Positions 12,469 to 23,950 of a DNA stretch of 64,000 nucleotides are shown here, one piece after another. Source of the stretch: Geosiphon pyriformis uo1 (taxonomy: Eukaryota; Fungi; Glomeromycota); the NCBI GenBank assembly GCA_016748015.1, contig JAAOMT010000226.1:602604-666603 (forward strand), given 5' to 3'. Within the stretch, counting starts at the first letter, position 1; each line of letters opens with the position of its first letter. The position numbers and the translations under genes are program-made. Under the pieces are notes generated by a model. The model was not told the origin of the DNA. It made no database searches and saw only the letters and a list, made by a program, of their open reading frames with translations.

Positions 12469-12927
12469 GTAACATGGCAACAATGAAAATTATAGTTTTT
12501 ATCAGAAATTGCTTCTTATTATGTATTGAAAATAACCCAAAGAATTAAAATTTATTTATGGAACCATGATTATTCTTGGGTAAATATTTAGATTCGTCGA
12601 TAATAAAATATTCACATTTCATCCAAAACAACTAATATATGAAATTGGAGATATATATATATATTTTTTTTAATTCTCCTTATGTGTTTAAACATATATT
12701 TTGATAAAAAGTTATATTATAATAAATTTCTTCCTTTTAATAAAAAACTGATTCTTGGTAACACGAAGGAAAATTTTAAAAATTGAAAAAGAAAATTTAT
12801 TTTTTTTTATTTAAAAAAAAGTGAAATTATTTAATTTAATTTCAGAAATGCTAAATTGTTAAAAATTTTTGATCTATAATAAATATTAATTAAAAAATAT
12901 AAAAATTTTAATAGTAATTTAAAGTAT

Positions 12928-12933
<6 letters not shown>

Positions 12934-12996
<63 letters not shown>
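12934..12996. repeat. (TAA)21 microsatellite
   Basis: Perfect trinucleotide run. Confidence 0.95.
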
Positions 12997-12998
<2 letters not shown>

Positions 12999-13843
12999 GA
13001 TTAATTTTTTTAAATAATTTGTTATTTTTACTTAAAATATAAAATCAAAAATTATTTATATTTATTTAAATTAAATAAATAAAAATACATGTAATCAATT
13101 TAAAACAATTATAAAAATTAATACATTAAAAATTATTATTAATAAAATTATATTATAAATACTTAACTTAATTTATATTATTTAAAAAAACAACTTTAAA
13201 TTTATTTAAATTAATAATAATAATTTATTATGTTAAAACATAAAATAATAATAATAGATTTTATTTAATTATTTTAAAAAACTTGTATATATTTTTTATT
13301 AAATATATATATAAATAAATTACAAAAAAAAATATTGTTTTTAATAATAATAATAATAATTTAATTAAAAATATAAATAAATAAAATAAAATTGTTTGAT
13401 TTTTATTATTAAATAATTTGTTTTATAAATTTGTATAATATAAATAAACAAATATTTTTGGTACAAATAAAAAAATTTTTAAACTTTAAACTTAAAATTA
13501 AAATATTTAATTAAATTATAATTTTTGTTAAAAAAAAATAAAATTATATATATAAAAACTATATCAAAATATTTTAAATTATAATATGACTAGAAAAATA
13601 TCAACAATATAATTTGTAAATTTAATTAAAATTATTAAATAATTTGATAATAATATTTTATTTTATTTTTTTAATATATTGAAATTATTTTTATTTTTTA
13701 TTTTTTATTTTTATTTTTATTTTTATTTTTATTATTTAAAATCTTTTGTTTATTTTTTTTATTTTATTTATTTTATATTTTATATAATAAAATCAATTAA
13801 ATTTTTTAATTTTAAAGATTTATTATTAAAATGAATATAACAT

Positions 13844-13845
<2 letters not shown>

Positions 13846-13902
<57 letters not shown>
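13846..13902. repeat. (TAA)19 microsatellite
   Basis: Perfect trinucleotide run. Confidence 0.95.
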
Positions 13903-13903
<1 letters not shown>

Positions 13904-15594
13904 TAATTAAATAAATAAATATTAATAATATAATTAAAAAAGCAATTAAAAAATAATAACATAACTGAAAAATTTTTAATCTATTAAAATAAATAATGTA
14001 ATTGAAGATAATAATAATATAATTGAAAATAACAGAGAAATAATAATAAATATAAAATTTTTAAACATAATTATTTTTAAAGAACGTAATTAAAGGTTGA
14101 AAAAAATAGCAACTTCATTAATGAAGCAATATTTAACAATATTTTTTTTAAAAAAAAAGAACAGAAAAACAATATAAAAATACTTTATAATACCAACTTG
14201 ATATTATTTTTAATTTATTAGTAGACAAATAAATAATGGTTTTTTAAAAAATAAAACGAATTCAAAAAAAATGATCAAAACAATCTCTTTAAACATTGAT
14301 AGCTAAATTTTAAAATATTGTTTCAATTTATTATAAATTATTATGGAAGAATTGAAATCAATATCATTTTTTAAAAATTTGATTGGTCAATATATTGCTA
14401 ATACAATTTAAATTTACAAAAGTACTAATGCAAAGCATTTTTATGTTGTGTATTTTTTCAAATCCTTTAATAATCAAAATTTTCTTGAATTAATTAATTT
14501 TATTTCTATTAATAAATTTTATTTCTATTAATAAATTTAATATTATTCTAATAGATACTTAAATTTAATGCACTTGAATTGTTTTATTCAGGTATTAATT
14601 ACTCAAGAAATGATAGTTAATATATCAATATCAAAAAAAAATTATTTAATTCACAATTCAATAATTATTTTATTAATTTTAAAACTTGGTTTACAAAACA
14701 TTAATTATTAATTATTAATAATACAATATGTGTAATTGATAAAAATTATGAAATAATTTGTTTAAAAGATAATTATATAATATTATAAGATTACATTAAA
14801 AATTGCAACATGCTAGTTATCATAAAACATATAAAGCTGTAAAGTAATAATTTTATTTAATATTAAATTTAAATATTATATATATATATCAATATTTTTT
14901 TAAGGTTATTACTCAATATAATTGGGCATCTGAAACTTTAGAAAAAAGTTTAATACTACATTTAATATATGTCCAAATTAGTAATGTTATTAACATCAAA
15001 TTCCATAAGAGCGATAATTTTATTAGAATTTATGTTATGTTGCAAATAAGAAGTTTATTATTTTATAGATCGATTTTATAAATATGGACTCAAGATAAGA
15101 TAGAAAATATAAATGAATTGTATATCTGAAATAATTATTTTAGAAAATATTTATAAATATGTTCATTTGTTATAGAGAAACAAAATATATTTTTTAATAA
15201 ATAAAAAGTCACAAAAAATAATTAGTTTACATAAATAGTAAAAGTAAAAATCAAATTGAAAATGATTAGGCTTTTCCTTTCGGTCCCGGCGGTTGTTAAA
15301 TCTGTGAAATTTCTCATATCTAATATTTAATGTTGATACTTTGAATTGATACCATATTATAAAAACTGATACATATTTTGATTTCGTGCTATGACATAAC
15401 ATTTACATGAGTGAAGGAAGGGTAAGACTAGTTACTTTGACAATCTTTGTTGCATTAACGATTGCATCGGAGGCACTTAAAAACTTCATAGTTCCATTTA
15501 TTAAATTAGAATACATTAGGCAAATGAAAAAATAGGTGGGGTAAACAAAATGAGTGGCGACAGGAATAAATAAGACTTATATTTATATTATTGA

Positions 15595-16900
15595 TTTCAC
15601 GGTTTGCAAAGAAAAGTAAATAAAGTTTTTGACAATCAGCTTTTTTAAATGAATATATTACTTTATTAAGCTATTTGCCATTGAAGACCCACATTCTGTT
15701 TAATAATAAAAATATTTTAGATTACACAAAATAAATTAGAAGATAGAAATAAATACACTAGAATATTTTTTTGGTGCTAAATCTCAAAACTCCTTTCAAA
15801 TCTATCTTTTAAATTAGTTCTTCGTCGAGACTTAAAATTTTCTAATGAATCGAAAACCCCAAAAATTTTTGAACTCATTTTAAAATATCTTTAATCTATT
15901 CTTCAATAAAAAATCAAATTCATAATGAATTTAATTAACAAAATAGAGAACAATTTTAACATATATTTTTATTTCATAATTTTCATCTCCTCTAGGTTAG
16001 TATTTGGCGAGAACCCTAAACCACGATCGTAAGTTTCAAGTGTTTTTTGTAAAATTTCTTTATATTAAAAATAACACAAAAAATAACTATAATTTCAAAA
16101 TCTAAAGCGGACATTCAATGGTACTCGTAAATAACCAGTAAGCAATAAAAATTTATCTATATGATCCTTTTGAATTAATAGAAAAAGATCAAAAAAGAGA
16201 AGAATTGAAAATGGGAATTTTAATATTCTTTCTTATAATTAGGTTAATTATGTATGGAGGAAACATAATCGCAGCCAATGAAACCATATTAGAGTACACA
16301 AATGAACTCTGGACACTTAATATGTCAATATCTTTTTCAGTAGATTCACCACCCTGGAAAAAGATTAATGAATTTGAATATTCTAATTTAAACTCAGCTA
16401 TATCCAGTGATCTTATATCTCAAAATCAATCATCGAAACCAAATGTATATACTTGATCCAAAATCTCAAACTTGGTGGATCCCAACTTCATCACCAACAC
16501 ACAAATTTGGATACTCGGCAGTGACTAGTTTTAATGATAATTCAAGCTCTACGATTTTGGTGACTTATGATTTTATAGTGACCTGGAGGACATTTATAAT
16601 TAATAATTCGCCAGTGGCAATAATAGGGTATAGCGCCACCCTATTGAACGATGGAAAAATATATGTTTTTGGTGGATCCTATATCAAAAAAGTTAATCAT
16701 TTATGTGATATGTCTGACATCCATGTATATGATACAAATACAAGAAAATGGACTCGAAAGGTTTTTCATCTTATTAAAGAAATTTTTTTATTAATTTGTT
16801 TTTTAAAGAGGTCAAGCTAATCCAAAAAAATTGATGATATTTTCAAGGTTGGAGAGGGGGACGTGCCACCTCCTCGGCAAATGCATCAAGCTGTTGGTAA
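15595..16900 (+). repeat. Segmental duplication, copy 1 (paralogous to 62703-64000)
   Basis: Near-identical from TTTCAC(G)..TTTGCAAAGAAAAGTAAAT through the first Kelch exons to about 16381, then clearly more diverged but collinear. Confidence 0.93.
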
Positions 16901-17167
16901 GTAATCAGAATTTGATGTGAGGACTTTTTAATCCCGAAACTTTCGAAGAAATAATTATTTCTAAAATGCAATTAGCTTCAAATAATATCATCATCATTTT
17001 TGGGGGGCGGGAAACGAATACAATGTGGGCTACAAATAATTTGGTTGTCTTAGATACTACTAAAACACCATTTGTTTGGAAAATACAAAACACAACTGGA
17101 GAAACTCCACCTGAAAGAATGCTTCATTCAATGACCATGGTTGGAACAAATATCATTGTGGCTTTTG
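15925..17167 (+). pseudogene. Secreted Kelch/galactose-oxidase-type beta-propeller gene, copy 1, frameshifted; exons 15925-16028, 16108-16137, 16243-16760, 16848-16896, 16976-17167
   Basis: Spliced N-terminus MNLINK...IYFYFIIFISSRLVFGENPKPRS/GHSMVLVNNQ/LIMYGG. Kelch motifs GKIYVFGG, VYDTNTRKW, PPPRQMH and PPERMLHSMT. Relative to copy 2 there is a frameshift near 16440 and internal deletions. No further exon is visible after 17167. Confidence 0.78.
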
Positions 17168-17624
17168 GTAATCTTAATGAAGATCTCAGTGTAAGTATTT
17201 AATTTAAAGACATTTCTGAATCTAAAATTTTTTCGAGTATTAAAATTTTATATTTTAAAATATAGAAATTAAGTTTAAAATATAGCAAAAATAAAAAGTA
17301 TTTTTGTTCTAATCAATTGTAATATTAATTATGATTAATTAATTTTAAACTTATTATAATTTCCCTATTATTTTTCAATTTTATTTATTTTTTTAATCTT
17401 ATTTTCATTAAAACTATAGCAGTTTTTTTTATATATACAAAATAAAAAAATTTAAGCAATTATAAAAAAATTTAATTTATTAAAAATATAATAAAATTCA
17501 TAATATATTTTCAAGTCTCTTAATCAATTATTTTATTTTACCTAAAATGCTTTTACAAAGTGTAATCCAACCACTACCTTTGCACATGCACATGCAACAA
17601 GGAGTATTACATAATAGAAGTAGC

Positions 17625-18390
17625 CTACACGTTTTCTAAATTTGACCAGCCACCCAAACTATAAATTGAATTAGACACAAGCCCACCAGATGCGCCTGTG
17701 CCAATTTCCTTAAACCCATAAAACTCAGATAACCGAGTTTGATCCCATATGCTGACTGCTCTATGAAAATCTTTATCAGTAAAAGAAGCCGTACACGGCT
17801 CAAACAAACCATTTCAGCAAATGGATCATTCTTTTTGGAATCGGTCCCTGAATTTTGTATTGGAGGTCCAGATTCTTTCACAGTATTTAACCACAATTGT
17901 CCTTACCAGATCCACAATTCTCACACTTGTCAACTTGCTCTTTTGAAAAATTTCATACTATTCCTTAAACATGAACTCTTTTACAAGTGCCACATACACT
18001 TCATCATCTATAAAAGTGTTTTTATTCTTGTACTGAGGTATTAGGTACCTTAACTGCCACAGAATGACAGATTCATTGCGGAAAGCACTCACACATATCC
18101 CATATTTCACTTGCTCTGTTGGCGTCTACATCACACAAAAACAAATAATTAGATGACTTGATAGTGCCACATTTTAGGCATTTTACACATGGGAAGGCAT
18201 TATCTTATGTTTTTTTAACTGGGAGAATCATATGCAGAGCTTTCATTATGTAAGTGCACAGTCTTGCCATTTTCTTGCTTGTGATTTCAGCTGTCATTTA
18301 AACCAACGAGCTTGTCTAACTTGCCTAATTGTCAATTTGTACATGGAACTGTCTTAAACAGGATCTTAACGTATGTCTATCATTGTGAAG
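17625..18390 (-). mobile_element. Degenerate tyrosine-recombinase fragment (DIRS/Ngaro- or Crypton-like element)
   Basis: Higher-GC island in AT-rich DNA. SKKNDPF resembles SKTDPF. FYGFKEIGTG...IYSLGGWSN resembles HxxR...LGRWxS, with the H and R changed by transitions. Broken by frameshifts and stops. Confidence 0.45.
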
Positions 18391-21300
18391 TACCAGTAAA
18401 TCAATTAATTTAATAAAATTATTATTGTAATATTACTTTTTTAGAGCATTTTTGAAATATTAATTTCTAATCAATATTAATAAGGCCTAATTAATATATC
18501 TAAATTTTATTTAAAAATCGAATAATATTTAAAATATATTAACTTTAGACAACACCTTCTAAATCAAATAATTGTAAATAAAATTTAAAAGCGTAACAAA
18601 CATAATATTTAAATATTAAATTTTTAATATTAAAATTAAACAAAATTCATCAATGTGTAATGTTATTTTGAAAATAATAATAATTTAATTTAAAAAATTA
18701 TTTATGATATCTTATCTATTGATAATGCATTTCATTATATGTTAAAAATTTAACTGTTAATTATATTTTTTAATAAAATGTAAATTTTTTTTTCATTTTC
18801 ATTGATTATATTGTGTATATGCTATTAATTTTTAGTATAATTGTAATTCTGGTAATATATTATACAGTTTTTTTTAAGTTTTCTATTTTCAATGTAGAAT
18901 TTGCTAATTATTTATTATATATGTATATAAATAAAATATATCTCCAAACTTTATGTTATTGTATATTAAAAACTTTTTTGCAAACTTTTGTTGTTGTATT
19001 AAAAAGTTGCAACCAATTCAATTCAAAAAGTTATAATTTTTTAATAAGTTCAATTTTAAATTAATTGTTTTCCATATTTTCAATATTAGTTTTTACTTTT
19101 TAACTTTTATAATTTTTTATTAGATTTGTAAATTGTTATTTTTAAATAATTAAATTTGAATTTTAATAGAAGTTTGAAATTGGTTTTTAATATTTAAATT
19201 TCAATATTTACCAAATATTAATTTACTTAAATTAATTTTAAAGGACAATTTATTTCAGATTTTTGAATTATAAAAATTTTGAGTTAATAATAATTTTTAA
19301 GTAGAAAAAACAATAATTATTTCAATATTAATTATTTTATTAAAATAATTGGATTATGTTTTTACAATATTATTGTAGAATTTTCAAGTATCAAAAAAAA
19401 ATTTTAATTAATAAATTGGTCATTCATTTAAATTGTCAAAAGATATTGAATATAAATTTTTGAAAAAAAAAGTTTTCTGTATATAAAATTTATATAATAC
19501 TAAATAGTTTCTAGTACTCTTAATTTACATAAAATCTTTGTTCATTTCATAGAACTTTTGTTTGAATACATAAATTTTACACTTTTATAGATTTTGGTGA
19601 ATTTTTTAATGTTACATATTTGATCTAATATATATAATTTACATGTAACTTTTAGTCACTTTTTAAAAATTAAGATTAATTTTGTTTAACACTAGTAATA
19701 ATTAATTAAAAAAAAATAATTGGATAACAAAATTAAATTAATAATAAGTTATGAAATTATATTTTTTTAATGTTTTGGTTATCTAATTTTTATTTGGTAA
19801 TAATACGAACCTCCTTGATATTTTTTGAAGTTAAAAATGTTAAGTTTTATTAAACTATAAAGTAAAACTTAACATTTTTGGAAATTTTACTTCATAACTT
19901 AATTTTTCAGATCTTCAAAAATCTCGAATACTTTAAAGTTTTAGATAAAATATTGACAACCAGGCAATACAGTTATTGTTACAGCTAGTAGAATGAAAAA
20001 ATTTTAATAGACAAATCAATAAATTTGTGGAAAATTAATATTTAATTAAAGTTTATACTGTACATATTTATTGCTTTAAATTCATGAACAAATAAAATAA
20101 AACAACCCATTTTTAGCAATCTTAACTAAAAATCCAAAACACTTAATTAGAATCAATTAAATTCATCATAATAACTATTAAATAAAATTATATATATATT
20201 GACCAAGAAGCATATACTCTTGGAATAATTGTAAAAAAAGTTATTTTTTATAAAAACTGTTTACACTTAGAGAATACTTTGAAAACCACACTTATTAATA
20301 TTGTAAAGTTTGTTATAAAATATGGGATTTTACATCATATTAACTTGTAGAAAAATATTGCCAGAAAAACACAATTGTATTAATACCAAACAAAAAACTC
20401 TCTCACCGAAAATGTCAATATGCTTTACAAAATTTTGAAAGTTAGAAAAGAAACATCTTTTACAACAATGTATTATTATTATTATAAATCTAAAATAATT
20501 TATAAATCGACATCAATTTTTATAAACAGTATTACAAGTTAAAATTTGACCCAAAAATTAGTACAAAATTGTTGAGTTGAAAATAATTTTAAATTGAAAT
20601 TTTACTGAAAAATGACTTTTTAGCCTAAACTGATTGCAATTCTGTAAAAATTTAGATTTTAAAATAAAAACTTGTAATTACAATTGGAATAAAATTAAAT
20701 AACAAAATTAATTTTTTACTATCAAAAAATAATATAAAACGAATAAAAGAATCTGAATCTATTCATTTTATATAAAAAAAAATTATAATTTTTTACATAA
20801 AACAAATGTTTTTATGTTTAACCGTTACTATTATATCAATTTTATCAAAATTAATTATTAAAACAAATAAAATTTTAAATTTGCCAAAAATACATTATTT
20901 CTTGCAATAATTAATAGTATTTAAAATGTTACGTTATATAACTATTACTACTTCTTTAAAAAAACCAAGAAAAAACTACCATACAAATTTTTTTTAACAA
21001 AAATTATTTTGTTACCTAACTCAAATACTTTATCAAAAATTACAAAATAAGTGTTAAATTTAATTTCAGATATTTTAAAGGCGATTTTTTGTTTTATTAC
21101 AAAAATTTTAAATTAAAATTAATTTGAAAATTGATCTTAAAATATAAATATAATTAATAGTTTAAGTTATTTCCAAATTATTATTAGCCAGTAAAAAGTT
21201 AAAATTGGAAAAATTATAAATGGTAAATATACTAAAAAGCTTTAAATAAATTAAAGTTATTCAGAATTAAACTAAACCAAAAAATAGTTTTATAATTTAT

Positions 21301-21498
21301 TTAAAATATGAAATAATTTTAGAAAACCAAAATTATATATAAACTAAAAATACTTTACTAGTTATTAAATTATTAAAAAAAATATGATAAAAAAATATTT
21401 ATTTTGGTGTAAATTAATATTAATATTTTGAGTTAGAATAAAATAGCAAAAGAAAACAAATATTATATAATAAGAAAATAAACAAAGAGAAAATTCAC

Positions 21499-21640
21499 CG
21501 AGTGGCTGGTCACGTGTAGAAAGTGCATGATTCGCGCCTAGTTTTAGATCACTTAGTCTGATTTTCTGTGCTAGGTGGCGTTTGGGCCTCACTCGTTAAG
21601 CGTAAATAAAATAAAATAAAATAAAATAAAAAAAATAAAT
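21499..21640 (+). other. ~100-nt GC/CpG-rich structured element followed by a (TAAAA)n tail (SINE, ncRNA or retroelement terminus; unresolved)
   Basis: Seven CpGs in about 103 bp within CpG-depleted DNA. CGAGTG/CACTCG form a closing stem around two internal hairpins. An A-rich tail lies at 21603-21640. Confidence 0.45.
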
Positions 21641-22149
21641 TAAGAATTTATTGTATGCAATATGATTCTTGTAAATATTTCAATTACTATTTTTTTTAAA
21701 AGAATTTAAAAATAAAAAAATAGTCTATAATATTAACAAAAATAATACAGCTGCTACAATTTTATGCTTTATATTGGTGCTTCTTAAAATTTAATAACAA
21801 ATATCATTTATATTTTTCAATAAATTTTTATTCAATACACTTTTCAAAAACTACAAATACAAATCAAAAAAAAGGGAAAATAAGAATTAAAGAGTATCTA
21901 AGAATCAAAATTATTAATAAAACTAAAAACTAAAAAATTAAACTGTAATAATATGTTAAATAATTTAAAGTTTTTTTATTTAAAATAATATTAATATTTA
22001 TCAACATTTGAATTTTACTTTTAACTGTTAAAAAAGTTTTTAAAAGCAAAATTATTATTAAATATTAAAAATGCTATTTTAGCCATATTAATAACAAGAT
22101 AAAATTAAATTAAACTTTAAAAAAATTAAAAAGTGAAAAACTTTTTAAT

Positions 22150-23950
22150 TTTTTAAAATAAAAACTTTTTTGTATATATATTTTTTACATTTTTATTACA
22201 ACCAAAATAAAAAATAAAAAGAGAACAACTCATTTTTTCACTTTTGTTTTTAATTATAATACTAATTAAAGGCTTTTTAACAATTAAAGCAGCTAAAAAA
22301 TGGTTTTCCAAAACAGTTTTCTCAAGTAATAAAAAAACAAAACACTTTTTCATTTTTGATTAAGAGTTTTTTCTTTTTCAAAAAAATTTTAAAGTAGTTT
22401 ATTAAAAGTTGTTTTAGTGTTGTCGCTATTACTGCCAAAAGTCCTAAAACTTTTAACCACAAACTAGTAGCCAAACTACTGTTTTCTTATTTTTTTTACT
22501 GCTGTTTTAATAATAATATAAACTAAAACAGCCAAAAAACAAACTTCTTTAAAATACCAAAAAAATAATTTTTTTGGTATTTTTAAAGCACTTTTATTAT
22601 TTTAAAGTCTTTTTTTAAAAAATAAAATATTTGTTTTTTTGTTTTTTTGGTGGTTTTATTAATTTTGTCATATTAGTATTAATTATTACCAGTTGTAAAA
22701 ACAAAACAAATTATGTTTTTATATGTATTAAATTAATAATATAAAAATTAAAGCACTTTTATTTTCTTTGTTTTTTAAAATATTATTAATTTTAATGGTG
22801 TTTAAAAAACAATAACTAATTTTTAAACATTTATTAAGTAAATAGTTTTGTTTTTAATATTTAATATTACTGTAAAGATTTCATTCTTGCTGTTATAACT
22901 TTTTATAAAATCTTTTTAAGCATTTTTTTCAACAACATTAAAAAATTTTTGGTATTTTTGGTGATAAATTAAAGTTTGCTAGTCTGTAATAATATGTTGT
23001 TATATATTTAAAGTTCTAAAAATACATAAGTAAAATTTTTCAAAGATTTAAAAATTTATTTTTTTTCTTATTTATTTATTTTTTAATTAATTTTGTAAAA
23101 TATATTGAATAAATATTATGTAGAAACGATATTTAATATGGAATTATAAAAATATTAATATAAAGCATATAATTATAATAGCTATTTTTTGTTAACAATA
23201 TAAACTTTTTTTTTATTTTCAGATTTTTTTGTTATTTTTTAAAAAAAATAATAACTAAATTATTTATAAAACTGATTTTACATACAAATTTAATTTGTTT
23301 ATTAAGTTAAATTTATTTTTTGATTATTTTTTTTGTTGTTTATTAGCATATTATTTTGATCTATAATATTATTAAAAAAATTTTATTATTATTTTTAAGT
23401 TTAAAAAATCTTTAATAATAATAATATTAAATCTAATATTTTACAAAAATATTATATTTGGTAAGAACTTCTAAATATTAATATTGTTATAAGTATAAAA
23501 TTTAAATTATCTGGTTTTTAATATAAAACTGTTTTTTCTGGTCTTTTAAAGTCTTTTTTTAGGTTTTTTATTGTATTTAAAGGTTTTGTAAACTAATTTG
23601 TTAGCTTAATATTTTATGTTAAAACTATTGTTTTTTTTTGTTTTTTTTAATATTGTTGCTAATAAAAATATTTAAATTTAAGTTACAGACTTTTTTAACT
23701 TGATAAAATTTGTAATTAATTTAATAAAAATTTAAAAAAGTTTATTGTAATGCTATTAAATAGCAGTTGTTTTTTAATTGCTTTGATTTTTTAGGTTATT
23801 TAAATAGCAATAATAAAGATAGCTTAAAAATTTAATAATTTTTATAATAATAGTAAGTTAAAACTGGTTTTAATGTATTATTTTAACTAAAAAAAAACTT
23901 TTAGCTAAAAATATTTTTTTTAATAGTTTAGACTATTTGTTTTAAAAATA
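22150..23950 (+). mobile_element. Possible heavily decayed LINE ORF1-like remnant
   Basis: T-rich strand bias and coding-like texture similar to 47060-48860. No intact motif was found. Confidence 0.25.

Noticed and set aside
12157-12486. 109-aa ORF with poly-Met
   Set aside because: TTG start, created by the (GAT)n microsatellite, with no recognisable domain.
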